Of a DNA stretch of 64,000 bases, positions 21,907 through 32,982 are shown piece by piece (position 1 is the stretch's first letter; every line of letters begins with the position of its first letter). Location: the NCBI GenBank assembly GCA_965644315.1, contig CBFFRQ010000042.1:124001-188000 (forward strand), read 5' to 3'. A model generated the notes under the pieces. The model saw only the letters and a list, made by a program, of their open reading frames with translations, did not search any database and was not told the DNA's origin. Made by a program: the position numbers and the translations under genes. Source of the DNA: Caecitellus pseudoparvulus. Lineage: Eukaryota; Protista; Bigyra: Bicosoecida.

Positions 21907-23154
21907 ATGGCAGAACCCAGCACCGCCGCGGCAGCGGCAGGCGACGGCGCTGCAGCGGCCCCTGGACCCGCCGACACCAAGGCAGATGTGAAGGAGCGGG
22001 ACACCATCGCAACGTCATTGGAGACATACACGTACAAGGCACCGTGGGACGTGTATGCCCTGGCGGCCAGCAATCGCAGCGGATCAAAGTATGCTCACCG
22101 ATATGCACTGGGCAGCTTCATTGAAGAGTACAACAACAAAGTGCAGGCGAGTGTGCTTGGCGTTTCCACCTGGCGTTTCATGCCGCCTCCAGGCGTTGAA
22201 CGCTCTCCCTCCGCACTCCGCTGCCTGCTCAGATCATCCAACTTGTGGACGGCCAGGTGGAAGATGGCATTGTGTGTTTGACGACTCTGACACACCCGTA
22301 TCCATGCACCAAGATCATGTGGGCTCCGGAGAAGCTCGCGGACGCACGGGACCTCCTGGCCACCACGGGAGACTACCTGAGGTTATGGCACTGCACAGAC
22401 GAAGGGGAAATGCGCATGGAAGCGCTGATGAACAACAACCCAACGAGTGACTACTGTGCTCCCCTGACGTCAGCAGACTGGAACAAGGCCGACCATAACA
22501 TCATCGCAACGTGCAGCATTGACACAACGGTCGCAGTGTGGGACATCCCGGTGAGTCCCCCCCATGCTGGTTGCAGCACCCCTGGCCCTTCACCCCGCGC
22601 TTGTCCCCCACCGCCAGACAAAGAAGGTCACGACGCAGCTCATCGCCCACGACAAAGACGTATTCGACATGGCCTGGATGCCGCAGAAGAGCACTTGCTT
22701 CGGCACGGTGGGTGCAGACGGCAGCATGCGCACCTTTGACTTGCGCACTCTGGAGCACTCCACCATCATGTACGAAAGCCCGAGACTGGAGCCCATCATT
22801 CGGCTTGAGTGGAACCCCTTGGACGGCAACTACTGCGCCATGACCATGCTGAACAAGGCTCAAACAGTCGTCCTGGACCTGCGCTTCCCTGCCAAGCCCG
22901 TCGCTGAACTTGGTTCACACGTTGCAGCTGCCAATGGTGCAGCCTGGGCGCCCCACTCTGCGGCACACGTGCTGACTATTTCTGATGACAACCAGGCGTT
23001 GATTTGGGACTTGTCTGTGCTTCCCGAGCCGGTGACAGACCCAATCCTGGCTTACACAGCCAAGGGAGAAGTGAATTCTGTTCAGTGGGGCACGGCCACT
23101 CCCGAGTGGGTGGGCATCACGTTTAAGGACACCTTCCAGCTGCTGCGAGTGTGA
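21907..23154 (+). CDS. DCAF7: DCAF7/WDR68/TTG1-family WD40 protein
   Basis: Introns 22147-22232 (GC-AG) and 22551-22617. LGSFIEEYNNKVQ, HPYPCTK, DLLATTGDYLRLW, CAPLTS.DWN, SIDTT, TQLIAHDK, VGADGSMR.FDLR, C-terminal LLRV. Confidence 0.95.
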
Positions 23155-23208
23155 GTGCTGGCACGGCGCTCTGCCAAATCTGTACCCCAAGCTGGCCGTG
23201 TCCAACCT

Positions 23209-25779
23209 ATGAAATGCAAGCGAACCTCTTTGCCGTGGCTTGCAATGTTCCGTTCCACCAGCCCGCGCGGGGGTTCTCGCAGCGAAGTCCGCGCCTCCTC
23301 ACGGCACAGCAACGCCAGAAGCCAGTCCTCCTCGCAAGAGCAGGCATATGGCCAGTCACCGCTGCGCCTCCTGCGGCAGGCACAGCGAGGGGCTGGGCAG
23401 CCTTCGCTGGCTTCACTTGAACAGCAGCGTGTTGCAGCCCTCCGCCACGCTGCCGTGCAAGCGCACTACGAGCGCCTGGCCAAAGGCTCACCTGTCGCTG
23501 CGACGCCTGCCCCGCCCTCCCCACGCTCTGCCAAGCGCTGGGCGGACCGCCACCGCCGCCAAGCCAAGGTAGCCGTGTCCCTCATCACTGGTCCTTTCTT
23601 TGCATCGCCGCTGGAGCGTGCTGTGGCCTCTCGAGCGTCCCTGCAGTCTCGGGGCAGCACGGCTGTGGTGGAGTTGCTGGACGGTGGACTGGCTGCAACG
23701 CACGTCCCCCCTGCCCACTCCACCAAGCGCAGCACCTTGCGCGTGGAAACCGCGTCAGTGTCAAGCCACCACGCTGAACATGCGCCCCTGTCCCCTCTCA
23801 GCTCGCGAGAGGACGAGGTCGTGCAGTCATTGTCACCGCCTGCCTTACCCGAGCCTGAAGCAACCCCTGCCCCCCCGGCCTCACACACTCCCAGGCCTTC
23901 CACTGCACCTAAGTCGGCACAGGGGCGGCCTCCAGTAGACCTGCCTTCATGGGCACGAGTGTCGTACCGCCGCCCTCGCTCTCTGTCCAGCGGCTGTGGG
24001 AGTCGCGTGGGTGTGTTGTGGAACCCCACCCCCGAGCAGAGTGAAGGCATGCTCATGCAGGGAAGGAAGGTCCTGGCAGGGTACTGTGTCATTCCAGACC
24101 CCCCTGAAGTGACTCTGCCACTCCCCCCCCCTTCAGGAGACGATGGGCCCGGCACTCCTCACGGGGCAGTGACCCTGAACCTCGTGGAGATGTACCCCGC
24201 CTTCGACCGGGTGAATGTCGTGGCGAATCGGGTATTGGGCCTTGCCCACTTAGGAGGGGACTTCCCGAAGTACTTCAATGCTTCCCACCTCCGGGCCTTG
24301 CGTCAAGCCCTCTGCCACGAGCTTGTTGCGCGCTTTCCCTTCCTGGCCCAGGGCAAGCGAACCGGACGGGGAAGTGCCGCTGGCCCACACGTCGCCGCCG
24401 AGTGCACGCGGCGGCAAGTGCAGGTACGGTCGGCGCCAGTGCTGTCCCTGCTCCCTCGACCCGATGAGGGTGCCAGACTGTACCAGACGCCGTTCAAGAG
24501 CGTGGTCACCCTGCCCACTGGGGATGAGGTCGTTGCGTACATGCCCCGCCTGCACGGCGCGGAGGTGCCGTTCCCATTGCAGGCGCGGCATATCCTGCGC
24601 AGGGACGCTGGATTTGGCGGGGGCTTCGCATGGGGTCCTCTACCACTCCCAGACCTGGTCTCTTTCATCGCGAAGGCAGGCGGGCGATCGCCTGACTATG
24701 CCCACGTCGACGTGCCGGGTCTCATGCTGCAAGACTCTGCAGGCCTGCCAGGCACAGCTGAGGCGACGCCCTCGCCTGACACAACTTTCTCTGCACTGTG
24801 TCGCGTGGCCCCACAGCTGCAAGGGGCGGGCGTCGGCTTCTTGGCGGGGCTGCCCACGCCATATGTCGCAGAGGCGTTTTGGAGTGGCGTGGAGGAACGC
24901 ACCCGAGCTGAGCTGGCACAGTCACTGCTGCAGTGGAGCATGGCCGTGCCCCTGCCTACGTCGCCCACTGGATCTCGAGCTGTTACGGGCCTCGGGTTCG
25001 AGCGAGGTGCCAGCCAGGCTGCCGAGGCTTCCGTGTCGGCCGCCACACCTTTGGCTGCCCCACCCAGCTCCAAAGGGTCTGCCCAGTCTGGAAGCCATGG
25101 CGCTTTGTCTGCAGCCCAGGAGTCTCCCACTCCTTCGCCTCCAGCAAGTGGCCGGTCTACTACTGCAGGCTCCGGCCGTCAGTCTGTTGGGTCAGACACG
25201 ATGGAGGCAGCAGGCGCCCTGAAGGCTGCCATGGAGGCAATGGGGTCCGACACGATGGCATCGTCACAAGCCGGGGGTAGTCAGCTTCGCAGCAGTGCCG
25301 CTGCAGAGGCGGCGGCTTCGGATGCCTCCGCACAGTCCACTGGTGACTCGTCACAGGAAGAGGCAGAAGCCTCCCTCGGGTTGCCCTCCAGTGTGCCCTC
25401 GACATCGCCAGCGGATGCAGCACGCACTGCCCTGGCCAACTTACTGGCGCTGCACCTGGTGCACTGTGCGCGAGGCGTGCAATCCTGCACAATCGGCCCG
25501 CCGTCGCTGCGTGAGTCGGCCAAGGCTGTACTCACGCAGGACGCAAGACACCGCATGGGCGCTCTTCTGGACGCTGTGGAAGGGGAGCTGCAGTGGCGAC
25601 CGCCCGAGGGCGACCCCCCCTCCAAGTGGCCTGCTCAGTACCGAGAGGCATACCTGCAGGCCAAGCCACGCATTATGCAGGCACGGGATGAGGTGTACAT
25701 GAGGTCCCGCGCAGCCTGGCAGGCCGCACTTGGGGAGCGCATGGCACGGCTGCAGGAGAAGACAGGTGACGACGCTTGA
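23209..25779 (+). CDS. Hypothetical protein (about 850 aa, largely low complexity with a central globular-looking part and helical C-terminus)
   Basis: 2.6 kb stop-free frame filling the gap between DCAF7 and Mrd1. Start at ATG 23209 or 23245; no family recognised. Confidence 0.65.
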   Translation: MKCKRTSLPWLAMFRSTSPRGGSRSEVRASSRHSNARSQSSSQEQAYGQSPLRLLRQAQRGAGQPSLASLEQQRVAALRHAAVQAHYERLAKGSPVAATPAPPSPRSAKRWADRHRRQAKVAVSLITGPFFASPLERAVASRASLQSRGSTAVVELLDGGLAATHVPPAHSTKRSTLRVETASVSSHHAEHAPLSPLSSREDEVVQSLSPPALPEPEATPAPPASHTPRPSTAPKSAQGRPPVDLPSWARVSYRRPRSLSSGCGSRVGVLWNPTPEQSEGMLMQGRKVLAGYCVIPDPPEVTLPLPPPSGDDGPGTPHGAVTLNLVEMYPAFDRVNVVANRVLGLAHLGGDFPKYFNASHLRALRQALCHELVARFPFLAQGKRTGRGSAAGPHVAAECTRRQVQVRSAPVLSLLPRPDEGARLYQTPFKSVVTLPTGDEVVAYMPRLHGAEVPFPLQARHILRRDAGFGGGFAWGPLPLPDLVSFIAKAGGRSPDYAHVDVPGLMLQDSAGLPGTAEATPSPDTTFSALCRVAPQLQGAGVGFLAGLPTPYVAEAFWSGVEERTRAELAQSLLQWSMAVPLPTSPTGSRAVTGLGFERGASQAAEASVSAATPLAAPPSSKGSAQSGSHGALSAAQESPTPSPPASGRSTTAGSGRQSVGSDTMEAAGALKAAMEAMGSDTMASSQAGGSQLRSSAAAEAAASDASAQSTGDSSQEEAEASLGLPSSVPSTSPADAARTALANLLALHLVHCARGVQSCTIGPPSLRESAKAVLTQDARHRMGALLDAVEGELQWRPPEGDPPSKWPAQYREAYLQAKPRIMQARDEVYMRSRAAWQAALGERMARLQEKTGDDA

Positions 25780-25802
25780 TATGCTTGCATTTACGGGACG
25801 CT

Positions 25803-27944
25803 TCACTCTTCCATGCGCCTTCGCTTGGCTTTCACGCTGCGCTCCATGCCGGCAGCGGCCTTCGCGTCATCTGCCGCGTCAGCCTGCAGCTCCTCGTCGG
25901 CCTTCTCGGCGGCGGCCTGTTCCAGCACCAAATGCCGCCCATACAAGTGCGTCGCAGAGAGGGCTTGCATGGCTGCCGCGGCTTCTTGGGGGGTGCTGTA
26001 CTCAACAAAGGCAAAGCCGCGGGCGCGACCGTCAAAGCGCTTCGGCACGCGCACAGACTTCAAGTCGCCATACGCAGCAAAGAGCTCCCGAATGTCGCGC
26101 TTCGTGGCTTGGAATGCAACGTTCTTCACCATTATCTTCCCTGATCCGCCTGTCGCTGCCAGTGTGCGCTTGCGGCTGGGTGCTGTCGCGCCTGCAGCAG
26201 ACTGCTTGGACACCTTCAGCTGCAACGCATGCCCGTCCAGCGTCGCGTGTTGCAACCGCTTCAGAGCTTCGAGCGCGCTCGCCTCCTGTTCAAACTCCAC
26301 AAAGCCGTACCCCATGGACAGTGTCGGGGGAGGGGCCTCCCCAGGTTTCAGGGACACTGCGCGCTTGCCGGTGTTTGGTCGGTGGGGAATGCGCACTGAC
26401 CGCACTGGGCCAACCGTCGCAAACATGTCCCGCAAGCCGTCCTCCGTCGTTGCGAAGTTCAAGTTCTTCACAAACAGTGACCGTGAGCCTACAGGCGTCT
26501 CCCCTGCTGGATCTCCTGCAGGCCCTTCGGTCTCAGCAACGCTACCCTGCCCGCCACCCTCTGCAGCGGCCCCCGCAGGCGTGCTGCTGTCGTGGGCTGC
26601 TGCAGCTGAGCTGGCAGCCGTCGCTGGCGGCCCAGTGACCAACCCTACAGGTGCCCACTCCAGGTACAGCGGCACACCCATGTACTTGCTATATGCGAGG
26701 GCGGCAAAGCCAGCCTTGGCACACTTAGCTGAGTCATACTCCACCACCGCCACGGCACGGGTGGGTGGCATGACCACCCGCAACAAGAGGCCATAGCGCC
26801 CAAAGATCTCTTGCAGGGAGGCCACAGTGGCCTCGTACGGCAGGTTCTTCACCAACAAAGTCGTCTTGGAACGGGCTGGTGCCTCCCCGCGGAGGGAGGC
26901 CTCCATCACATCCAAGGAAATGCCCGCATCGGCCAGGAACTGCTTGGTTTCCGCGATGATGGCCGTCTCGCCCAGTGCCACGCGCACTGCCATGTTCCCT
27001 GCCTCCTTGTCCATGATGGCACCTGCGCTTTGCCCTGTCTTGGCCGCCAGGGCGGCCACCAGCGTGTCTTGGCGGGCGAAGAGGCTGTTCCACACTGGTG
27101 CCTCCGCCCCGGAAACTGCCGCTGCCTTGCGCTTCGCCTCCCTGTCTGCCTTGAAGCCAGATTGCCCAGCTGAGTCGCCACTGGGCCCAGTGCCCCCGCC
27201 TGCCTGTGGCTTTGCGGGCAGCACGTGCAGGATTCGGCCTTGGAAGAAGGTGCCATCTGCCCCCGCCAGAGCCTTCACTGCGTCCTCGGGGATGAGGAAG
27301 GTGATGAAGCCAAAGCCTTTGACTTTGTTCTGGCCATCGCGCAAAAGGTTCACCTCAGACACCGGCCCATACTGCTGGAAGTGCTCCTTCAGGCCTTCTT
27401 CGTCCACTTCGTACGACAGGTTGCGGAGGAACAAGCGCCCAGTCTCAGAGACATCTGCCTCATCGTCGCTGTCATCACTGCCCCCTTTACCTTGCACTTT
27501 CGTGTGCTTGGACCACGCACGGGGTGCTGCTGCTGAGCCGATCTGCGAAGGTGGCGGCCGGGGGGCTGGCTATGCAGGCGGGAGGGAGCTCACATCCGCG
27601 GGCTGAGGCTTCGCACAGGCAAGGCCTTCTCCACCGACAGCTTACTCGCCCCCATGAACGACTTGTTGAAGAACCTGATGGCATCTTCCGCTTGTTCCGG
27701 GCTTCGGAAGCCAATGAATGCCATCTGCCTCGACCGCCCAGTCCTACGAACACTCAAGGGGGCGTGCCCATGCGGTATTTGGTTCGTGCACAGCGTGATG
27801 CAGCGCCGAGGCTCACTTTGTCGACAAGAGCTTCACATCTGTAACATCCCCACGCTTGCTGAAGTGCTCGCGGATGGCAGCCTCTGTGCAGCCTTTTGGC
27901 AGCTGCTTAACGCAAACCCTGCTCGAGGGTCGCTCCGACGCCAT
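25803..27944 (-). CDS. MRD1: Multiple-RRM ribosome biogenesis protein Mrd1/RBM19
   Basis: Introns 27816-27744 and 27616-27543. SRVCVKQLP RRM1, PRAWSKH, GRLFLRNL, WNSLF, AVRVALGET, SMGYGFVEF, KIMVKNVAFQA, THLYGRHLVLE. Confidence 0.93.
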
Positions 27945-28146
27945 GATCTGGGTAGTGGATTCAATTTCCGCCTGCGGCCCCAGCAGGCAGACACTGTTCT
28001 GGGGGGCCTGTCAGACGACCGCTCTCGCACTGCAATGGCAGACCCTGTACATGAAGGCTTCCGGATCAAGCAAGGTGTGTGAGAAATTGCACAGAGGCGG
28101 TCGCCGCCCAGTGGCTTGCTCCGTGCATGGTGGGGGGAGCACGCTA

Positions 28147-30210
28147 TCAACTCCACTCACCCTCCCCATCCATGCCTTCGTGGTCACTGTCCGCCCCACT
28201 CTCCCCATCTTCTTCATCGTCACTCCCGCTTTCCAACAGCATGTCTTCCAGTCGCTGCAAGGCCTCCGCATCTTCTTCGCTGCCACCAGCAGCATCTGCG
28301 CCGAGGGGGCTCTGCGCAGCACCCAGGTCTGCATCCCCGCCCACTTCGCAGCCACCGTGCACTCCTTCAACTTCAACCCGCCGGCGCTTTGGCTCGTGGC
28401 GTGCCTGCTCACCCTCTGCCCCCCCCGGCGTGAACTTGCTCCGCCACTTCGCAAGCATGCTGGCCAGGTAGTCGTCGAACGCTGCCTTCGCCAGCTGCTT
28501 CGCGGCAGCCATTGTGGGATGAGGCTTCAGAGGAGTGGGGGCCTTCAAGAAGCTGTACTTTGCCTCTGGCTGACGCTGATAGCGCTGTAGCGAGTGCTGC
28601 AGCCAAGCCATGCTCACGACGTGGACGTGCCCCAGCTTGACTGCCTCCTTCGACTTGGCTGTGCCGAAGGTCCGACAGACGACGTGGGTGACGTCAGGCG
28701 TCACCGTGTCCACGATGTGCGCCCCGAACGCGACTGCCCGTCGGTACAGCGGCTCCCGCTGCGGCTTAACTCCCAGCGGCACGATGCCCGAAAACACAAG
28801 TGTGCAGCCCTCGAGGACTGTCTGGCACAGGCGCTGGAGTAAGTACCCGGCATGAGCGGGAGGGGTGTTCTCTGGCAGGGCAGCAGCCGAAGGTGGCGCT
28901 GCGATGGGCTTGTCGGCCAAGGCGGCTAGGTCCACCACCCCGCCGTACTGCTCGGGGGTGGGGGAGTGCTGGCCAGCGTAGAACGCCGCATGAACGGAGT
29001 TGAAGATACGCAGCGCGTCCTGTAGGTGTGGGTGCACCTCTTCGCGAGTCGGCACTCCCTGGGGGGGCGGCTGCACCCCCTCCTCCCCCGAGGCAGCCGG
29101 CGCGGCAGGGTCTGCCTGCAGGGACTCCCCCGCAGCGTTGTTCACATCAGCGGCGTCTTGGAAAAACTTGTATGGCACCACCTGCAGCAGGATCGAAGAG
29201 CCCTTCCACACTTGCTGCGTGTCATCCAAAGCCATCACCATGCTGTCATCCAGCAGCGTGCTGTGCAGCCAGCTGGCCTGCTTGTGGCGCATGCTGGAGT
29301 CTGTGCGAGCCACGAGGCGCGGCGGGGAGCCGAAGAACTCCCCTTTCGGGTCAATGGCCGCGAGAACGGCTTCTGCGTAAGGGCGGGTGCCTGCCGTGTC
29401 CACCTGCAGGCGGAAGTGCTTGGAGGCTGCCGTCAAGAATGCCTTCAGGCCCGGGCGCTCCTTCGTGAAGTACACGTGGTGGCCCACCTGGAAAGAATGA
29501 ATGGGGGCAGCCTCCAAGTCTGCCTTCCCGAGAAGCTGCTGAGCACGCGTGTCGCAGGTGGAGTGCACAAGTGTGTGGTCGATGTCCAGCGTCAGCTCCA
29601 GCAGGCGTCGCGACAACAGGGATTTGCGCACAAGGGCGTCGCCCCGCTGGGCTTCGCTGGCACTGAGCGTCAGCTGGTGGCCATTGCGGGCATGAAAGGT
29701 CATGCTTGCTGCTACTGCACCCGGCGCCCCACTCCCAGCGCCTGTAGCTGCCCGGCCCGAGCTCTGCTGCCCTCCAGGCTGCACCAGGCTAGCGCACACA
29801 GTGCAGAGCCTGCCGTACACTTGGGGGTGCTCGCAGGGGGCCAGCTCGGCGAGAGGCGTTGACGCGCATGGTAAGATGTCCCCCTTCTGCAAGGCAAGGC
29901 ATTGCCCAGGCAGGGTCAGGCGATGAAAGCACAGCGGCAGGGGCGGCGCCACCCTCGCGTTTCGCACCTGGACATGAAACTCCCTCACACATCCTCCGTT
30001 TGAGGCTGTGCAGGACACGCGTTGCCAATCAGCGCAGCACGCATGTCTATCAGCAACTGGCACACTGGCTAACTCGGTGGCAGTAAAGCTGGCTGGTGCC
30101 AATGCAGCAGTGAGCACTACCGCTCCAGGCTGTAGAAACTGGCCAATCCTGGCATTCAACGCCAGCACCACCCCACAGGCACCATGGTCCCATGAAACCG
30201 TGCTCGCCAT
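28147..30210 (-). CDS. FCP1: RNA polymerase II CTD phosphatase FCP1/CPL-like
   Basis: CEH...LCTVC motif, catalytic DIDHT (DxDxT), KERPGL, IDP.G.FFG, BRCT-like LEGCTLVFSG..THVV..W, acidic tail. Probable in-frame intron 29967-29887; start uncertain. Confidence 0.88.
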   Translation of the reverse strand: MASTVSWDHGACGVVLALNARIGQFLQPGAVVLTAALAPASFTATELASVPVADRHACCADWQRVSCTASNGGCVREFHVQVRNARVAPPLPLCFHRLTLPGQCLALQKGDILPCASTPLAELAPCEHPQVYGRLCTVCASLVQPGGQQSSGRAATGAGSGAPGAVAASMTFHARNGHQLTLSASEAQRGDALVRKSLLSRRLLELTLDIDHTLVHSTCDTRAQQLLGKADLEAAPIHSFQVGHHVYFTKERPGLKAFLTAASKHFRLQVDTAGTRPYAEAVLAAIDPKGEFFGSPPRLVARTDSSMRHKQASWLHSTLLDDSMVMALDDTQQVWKGSSILLQVVPYKFFQDAADVNNAAGESLQADPAAPAASGEEGVQPPPQGVPTREEVHPHLQDALRIFNSVHAAFYAGQHSPTPEQYGGVVDLAALADKPIAAPPSAAALPENTPPAHAGYLLQRLCQTVLEGCTLVFSGIVPLGVKPQREPLYRRAVAFGAHIVDTVTPDVTHVVCRTFGTAKSKEAVKLGHVHVVSMAWLQHSLQRYQRQPEAKYSFLKAPTPLKPHPTMAAAKQLAKAAFDDYLASMLAKWRSKFTPGGAEGEQARHEPKRRRVEVEGVHGGCEVGGDADLGAAQSPLGADAAGGSEEDAEALQRLEDMLLESGSDDEEDGESGADSDHEGMDGEGEWS

Positions 30211-30522
30211 GAGTGCCACACATTCCCTGTCAAGAGGGGTTGCACTGGCTAAAAAGAGTCGCTGGGCATACCCGTGGCGTGTGAGGAATGAGCCTTTCCG
30301 CAAGCTGCTTCTGAGCAACGGCAAGCACAAGGAGGTCTGGTTGAAGCCCATTCGGCCCACACACCACAAATTTCATGCGCCAAGCACGAAACTCAAGGCA
30401 CGCTTCCCTACCAGCCCCTCGCCCCTTTCTCATACCTTGACCAGAGAGCAGGCTGGGCCAGCTGCTTGTCTGCGAAAGCCGCCAAGTTCCGCACCGGCTC
30501 CTGCGGCCGCCGTCAGCTCACG

Positions 30523-30767
30523 ATGAACAGCGTGATTGAGAAAATCCAAGACGTCAACTTCACGTGGGAGATCCACACTGGCCTCTACATGATGGAGTGG
30601 TGGGAGAAGTGCATGTTCAGTGCGTGACAACGCTCGCGCCGCCACTACCACCCAAGTGCCCACGCCGGCCTCTGTCGCACCTTGCCCCTGCAGATGGAAC
30701 TCTCCTCACTGGCCTTGGTCTCACGGGCTACTACTTGGCCACTGTGGCAGCTCCGGCGGTTTTGTAG
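30523..30767 (+). CDS. Small subunit of serine palmitoyltransferase (ssSPT family), 56 aa
   Basis: Exons 30523-30619 and 30694-30767 give MNSVIEKIQDVNFTWEIHTGLYMMEWWEKCMFNGTLLTGLGLTGYYLATVAAPAVL. The LYM.E.WE...FN signature is followed by a TM helix. Confidence 0.8.
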
Positions 30768-31324
30768 AGCGATTGCCGCAGCCGCCTGCCGATGCGGGTG
30801 GAGTCTCGCTCCCTTTCTTGCTGACGGGCCAGCGGACGCACGCCGAGCAAGTCGAGCGGTCAGCTGGCTTGCGCACTTGACTCAATTAGCTCCACTGCCC
30901 CATGCCTGACCTTCACCCTGGCGCCAACCTCAGCGCTCGCGAGAGGGTCAGCTTTCTAGTGCTCTCCTCCGCGACGCCAGCGGCAGCCAGCCACGGTCCG
31001 CTGGTGACCCCCCGGAGTTCACGTGTGACTGTGACCCGCTGTTCACATGCCTTGCAGTGGTCAGCAAGGCTCTGGCTCTGTGCGCAATGCATGCGTGGTC
31101 TCAAAGTAGGGCGCTGCGTCCCCAAACCCCCCCTCCCACACTGTTCTCCAACGGAGCTGGCGCCGCCCAGCCCCGACCCCCCTTCCGTGCCATTGCAAAA
31201 TAAACTACTCATTCATCTATGCGGCGGGAGAAAAGCTTGCATATGTGTGTGCATGCCTCGGGAGACACGCCAGTGTTTGCGGAATTACTGCACGACGCAC
31301 AGGACACCACCAACAGACACAGCC

Positions 31325-31974
31325 ATGTCCTTCGAAATCAGCGAGGCCTGCCCAAGCAGCGCCGCCTTCTTTGGCTTCATGGGGGTGACAGCAGCAGTTG
31401 CCTTCTGCAGTGCGTGGCTCTGCGAGCTGCCCAGCCCCGCTCAGACGCCTCAGTGAACCTCGCCGCTGTGTGCAGACCTGGGCTCGGCATACGGCACGGC
31501 CAAGTCTGGCGTCGGCCTGTCAAGCATGGGTGTCATCCATGCCGACCGTGTCATGCGCAATGTCATCCCTGTCATCATGGCGGGTATCTTGAGCATTTAC
31601 GGCCTCATCGTGGGCGCCATCCTCGTGGGCCGCAGTGCGTGCAGCTGGCCTGCGCCGGCGCTCCGTCTGCCACGCGCATGCACGCCCGCCCCCCGCCCCC
31701 ACACGCAGTCACGCCACCCGATGCGTCGGGGAACAAGTACAGTGCTTATGATGGCTACGCTCACTTGGCAGCTGGTCTGACATGTGGATTGGCTTCCCTC
31801 GCGTCCGGCTTGGCCATCGGCGTGGCTGGCGACGCTGGCGTGCGCGCAGCGGGGCAGCAGCCCAAGCTCTTCGTGGCACTCATGCTCATGATGATTTTCT
31901 CAGAAGCCTTGGGGCTCTTCGGCATGATCGTCGCGCTCATGCTGGCATTGAAGACCAGCGGAGACATTTGCTGA
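31325..31974 (+). CDS. V-type H+-ATPase 16 kDa proteolipid subunit c
   Basis: Introns 31410-31475 and 31635-31708. [45 protein letters not shown] and IFSEALGL with the conserved Glu. Confidence 0.95.
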
Positions 31975-31986
31975 GGTGCCCCGCGG

Positions 31987-32826
31987 TCATGTAAACATGC
32001 GCCCCACCTGCATGGTGGTGGCCTCCGACTTGAATGCAGGGTAGTGCTTGCTGCCGCCAAACATCTTCGTACTCCTCTTGAACTGGGTGCGGTACCCCTC
32101 ACCGCCAGCTGTGCCCGAGGGGCGCCCGTATGCCTGCACAGGGGAGCGAGGCACCCTCACCCCTTGAGCACGGCCGCCGCGCCGTAGGGCACCGCCCACA
32201 CGAACTCACCTCGAACCAAGCGTCCAAGCTTGATCCCGCGCTCTGAGTGCCTGCAGTCGCTGCAGCAATGTGTGCCTTGCGCTTTCGCTCACGAGCTCTC
32301 TCCAGTGCCGCTTTGGCCTCATCCACCTTGACCTGCGCCGCAGTGACCGCTGCAGTGCGCGCTTCCAGCTCCTGCTCGTGCTCAGCAGCAATGATCTCAG
32401 GGGGTGACTTGTAGTACGAAAAGTACCCGGGGCTTTTCGCGCTCGAAATCTGCAAGGCAACGAGGCAAACGCCCTGGGTGACACCAGTCGCACGCGACGC
32501 AATAGTGCCGGCTGCGGGGCCGCCCAGGACGCAGCAGTGTTCACCCACCGCAGCTTTGAAGGAATGAACTCGGTGTCCTGTGTTCTTTATCATCCCAATC
32601 TGCGATCATGCTTTCGTTTCGGCGTCAGGCACCGCCACGCCAAAGTGCGGTTTTTGGCCTTCTCCCTCACCGATCCTGTGCCCCCTTGCAGCAGCTCCTG
32701 CAGCGATGCTGCGGCTTCCTGCTGCTGCGAAACAAGGCTATTATACTCCTCTAAGCACCTTTCAACTTCTTGAGCAGCTGAATGCACCTCTGAGCTCCCC
32801 CCTGAGGCAGCAGCCTGGCTAGCCAT
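31987..32826 (-). CDS. Hypothetical protein (about 197 aa, coiled-coil segments)
   Basis: Four exons 32826-32671, 32599-32549, 32449-32210 and 32133-31987 join in frame through canonical GT-AG introns. Confidence 0.65.
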
Positions 32827-32982
32827 GCCTGGCAAGCGATGCCGTCCGACGTTGCAAGGGAAGAGTAGGCGGGCAGCGGGTGTGGAGATGGTGGAACAAT
32901 GATTGTGAGATCGGTGTGGCGCATATTGAGGGTCAAGGTCTGCAGTCTGGGGCCACCTCCCACCTCTCGGGTGGGACACCCT

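Noticed and set aside
30768-31324. Long intergenic gap checked for tRNA or other ncRNA (also 37341-37997 and 13801-14188)
   Set aside because: No tRNA A/B-box pattern or convincing structure by eye. Probably UTR or promoter sequence; a covariance-model scan would be needed.
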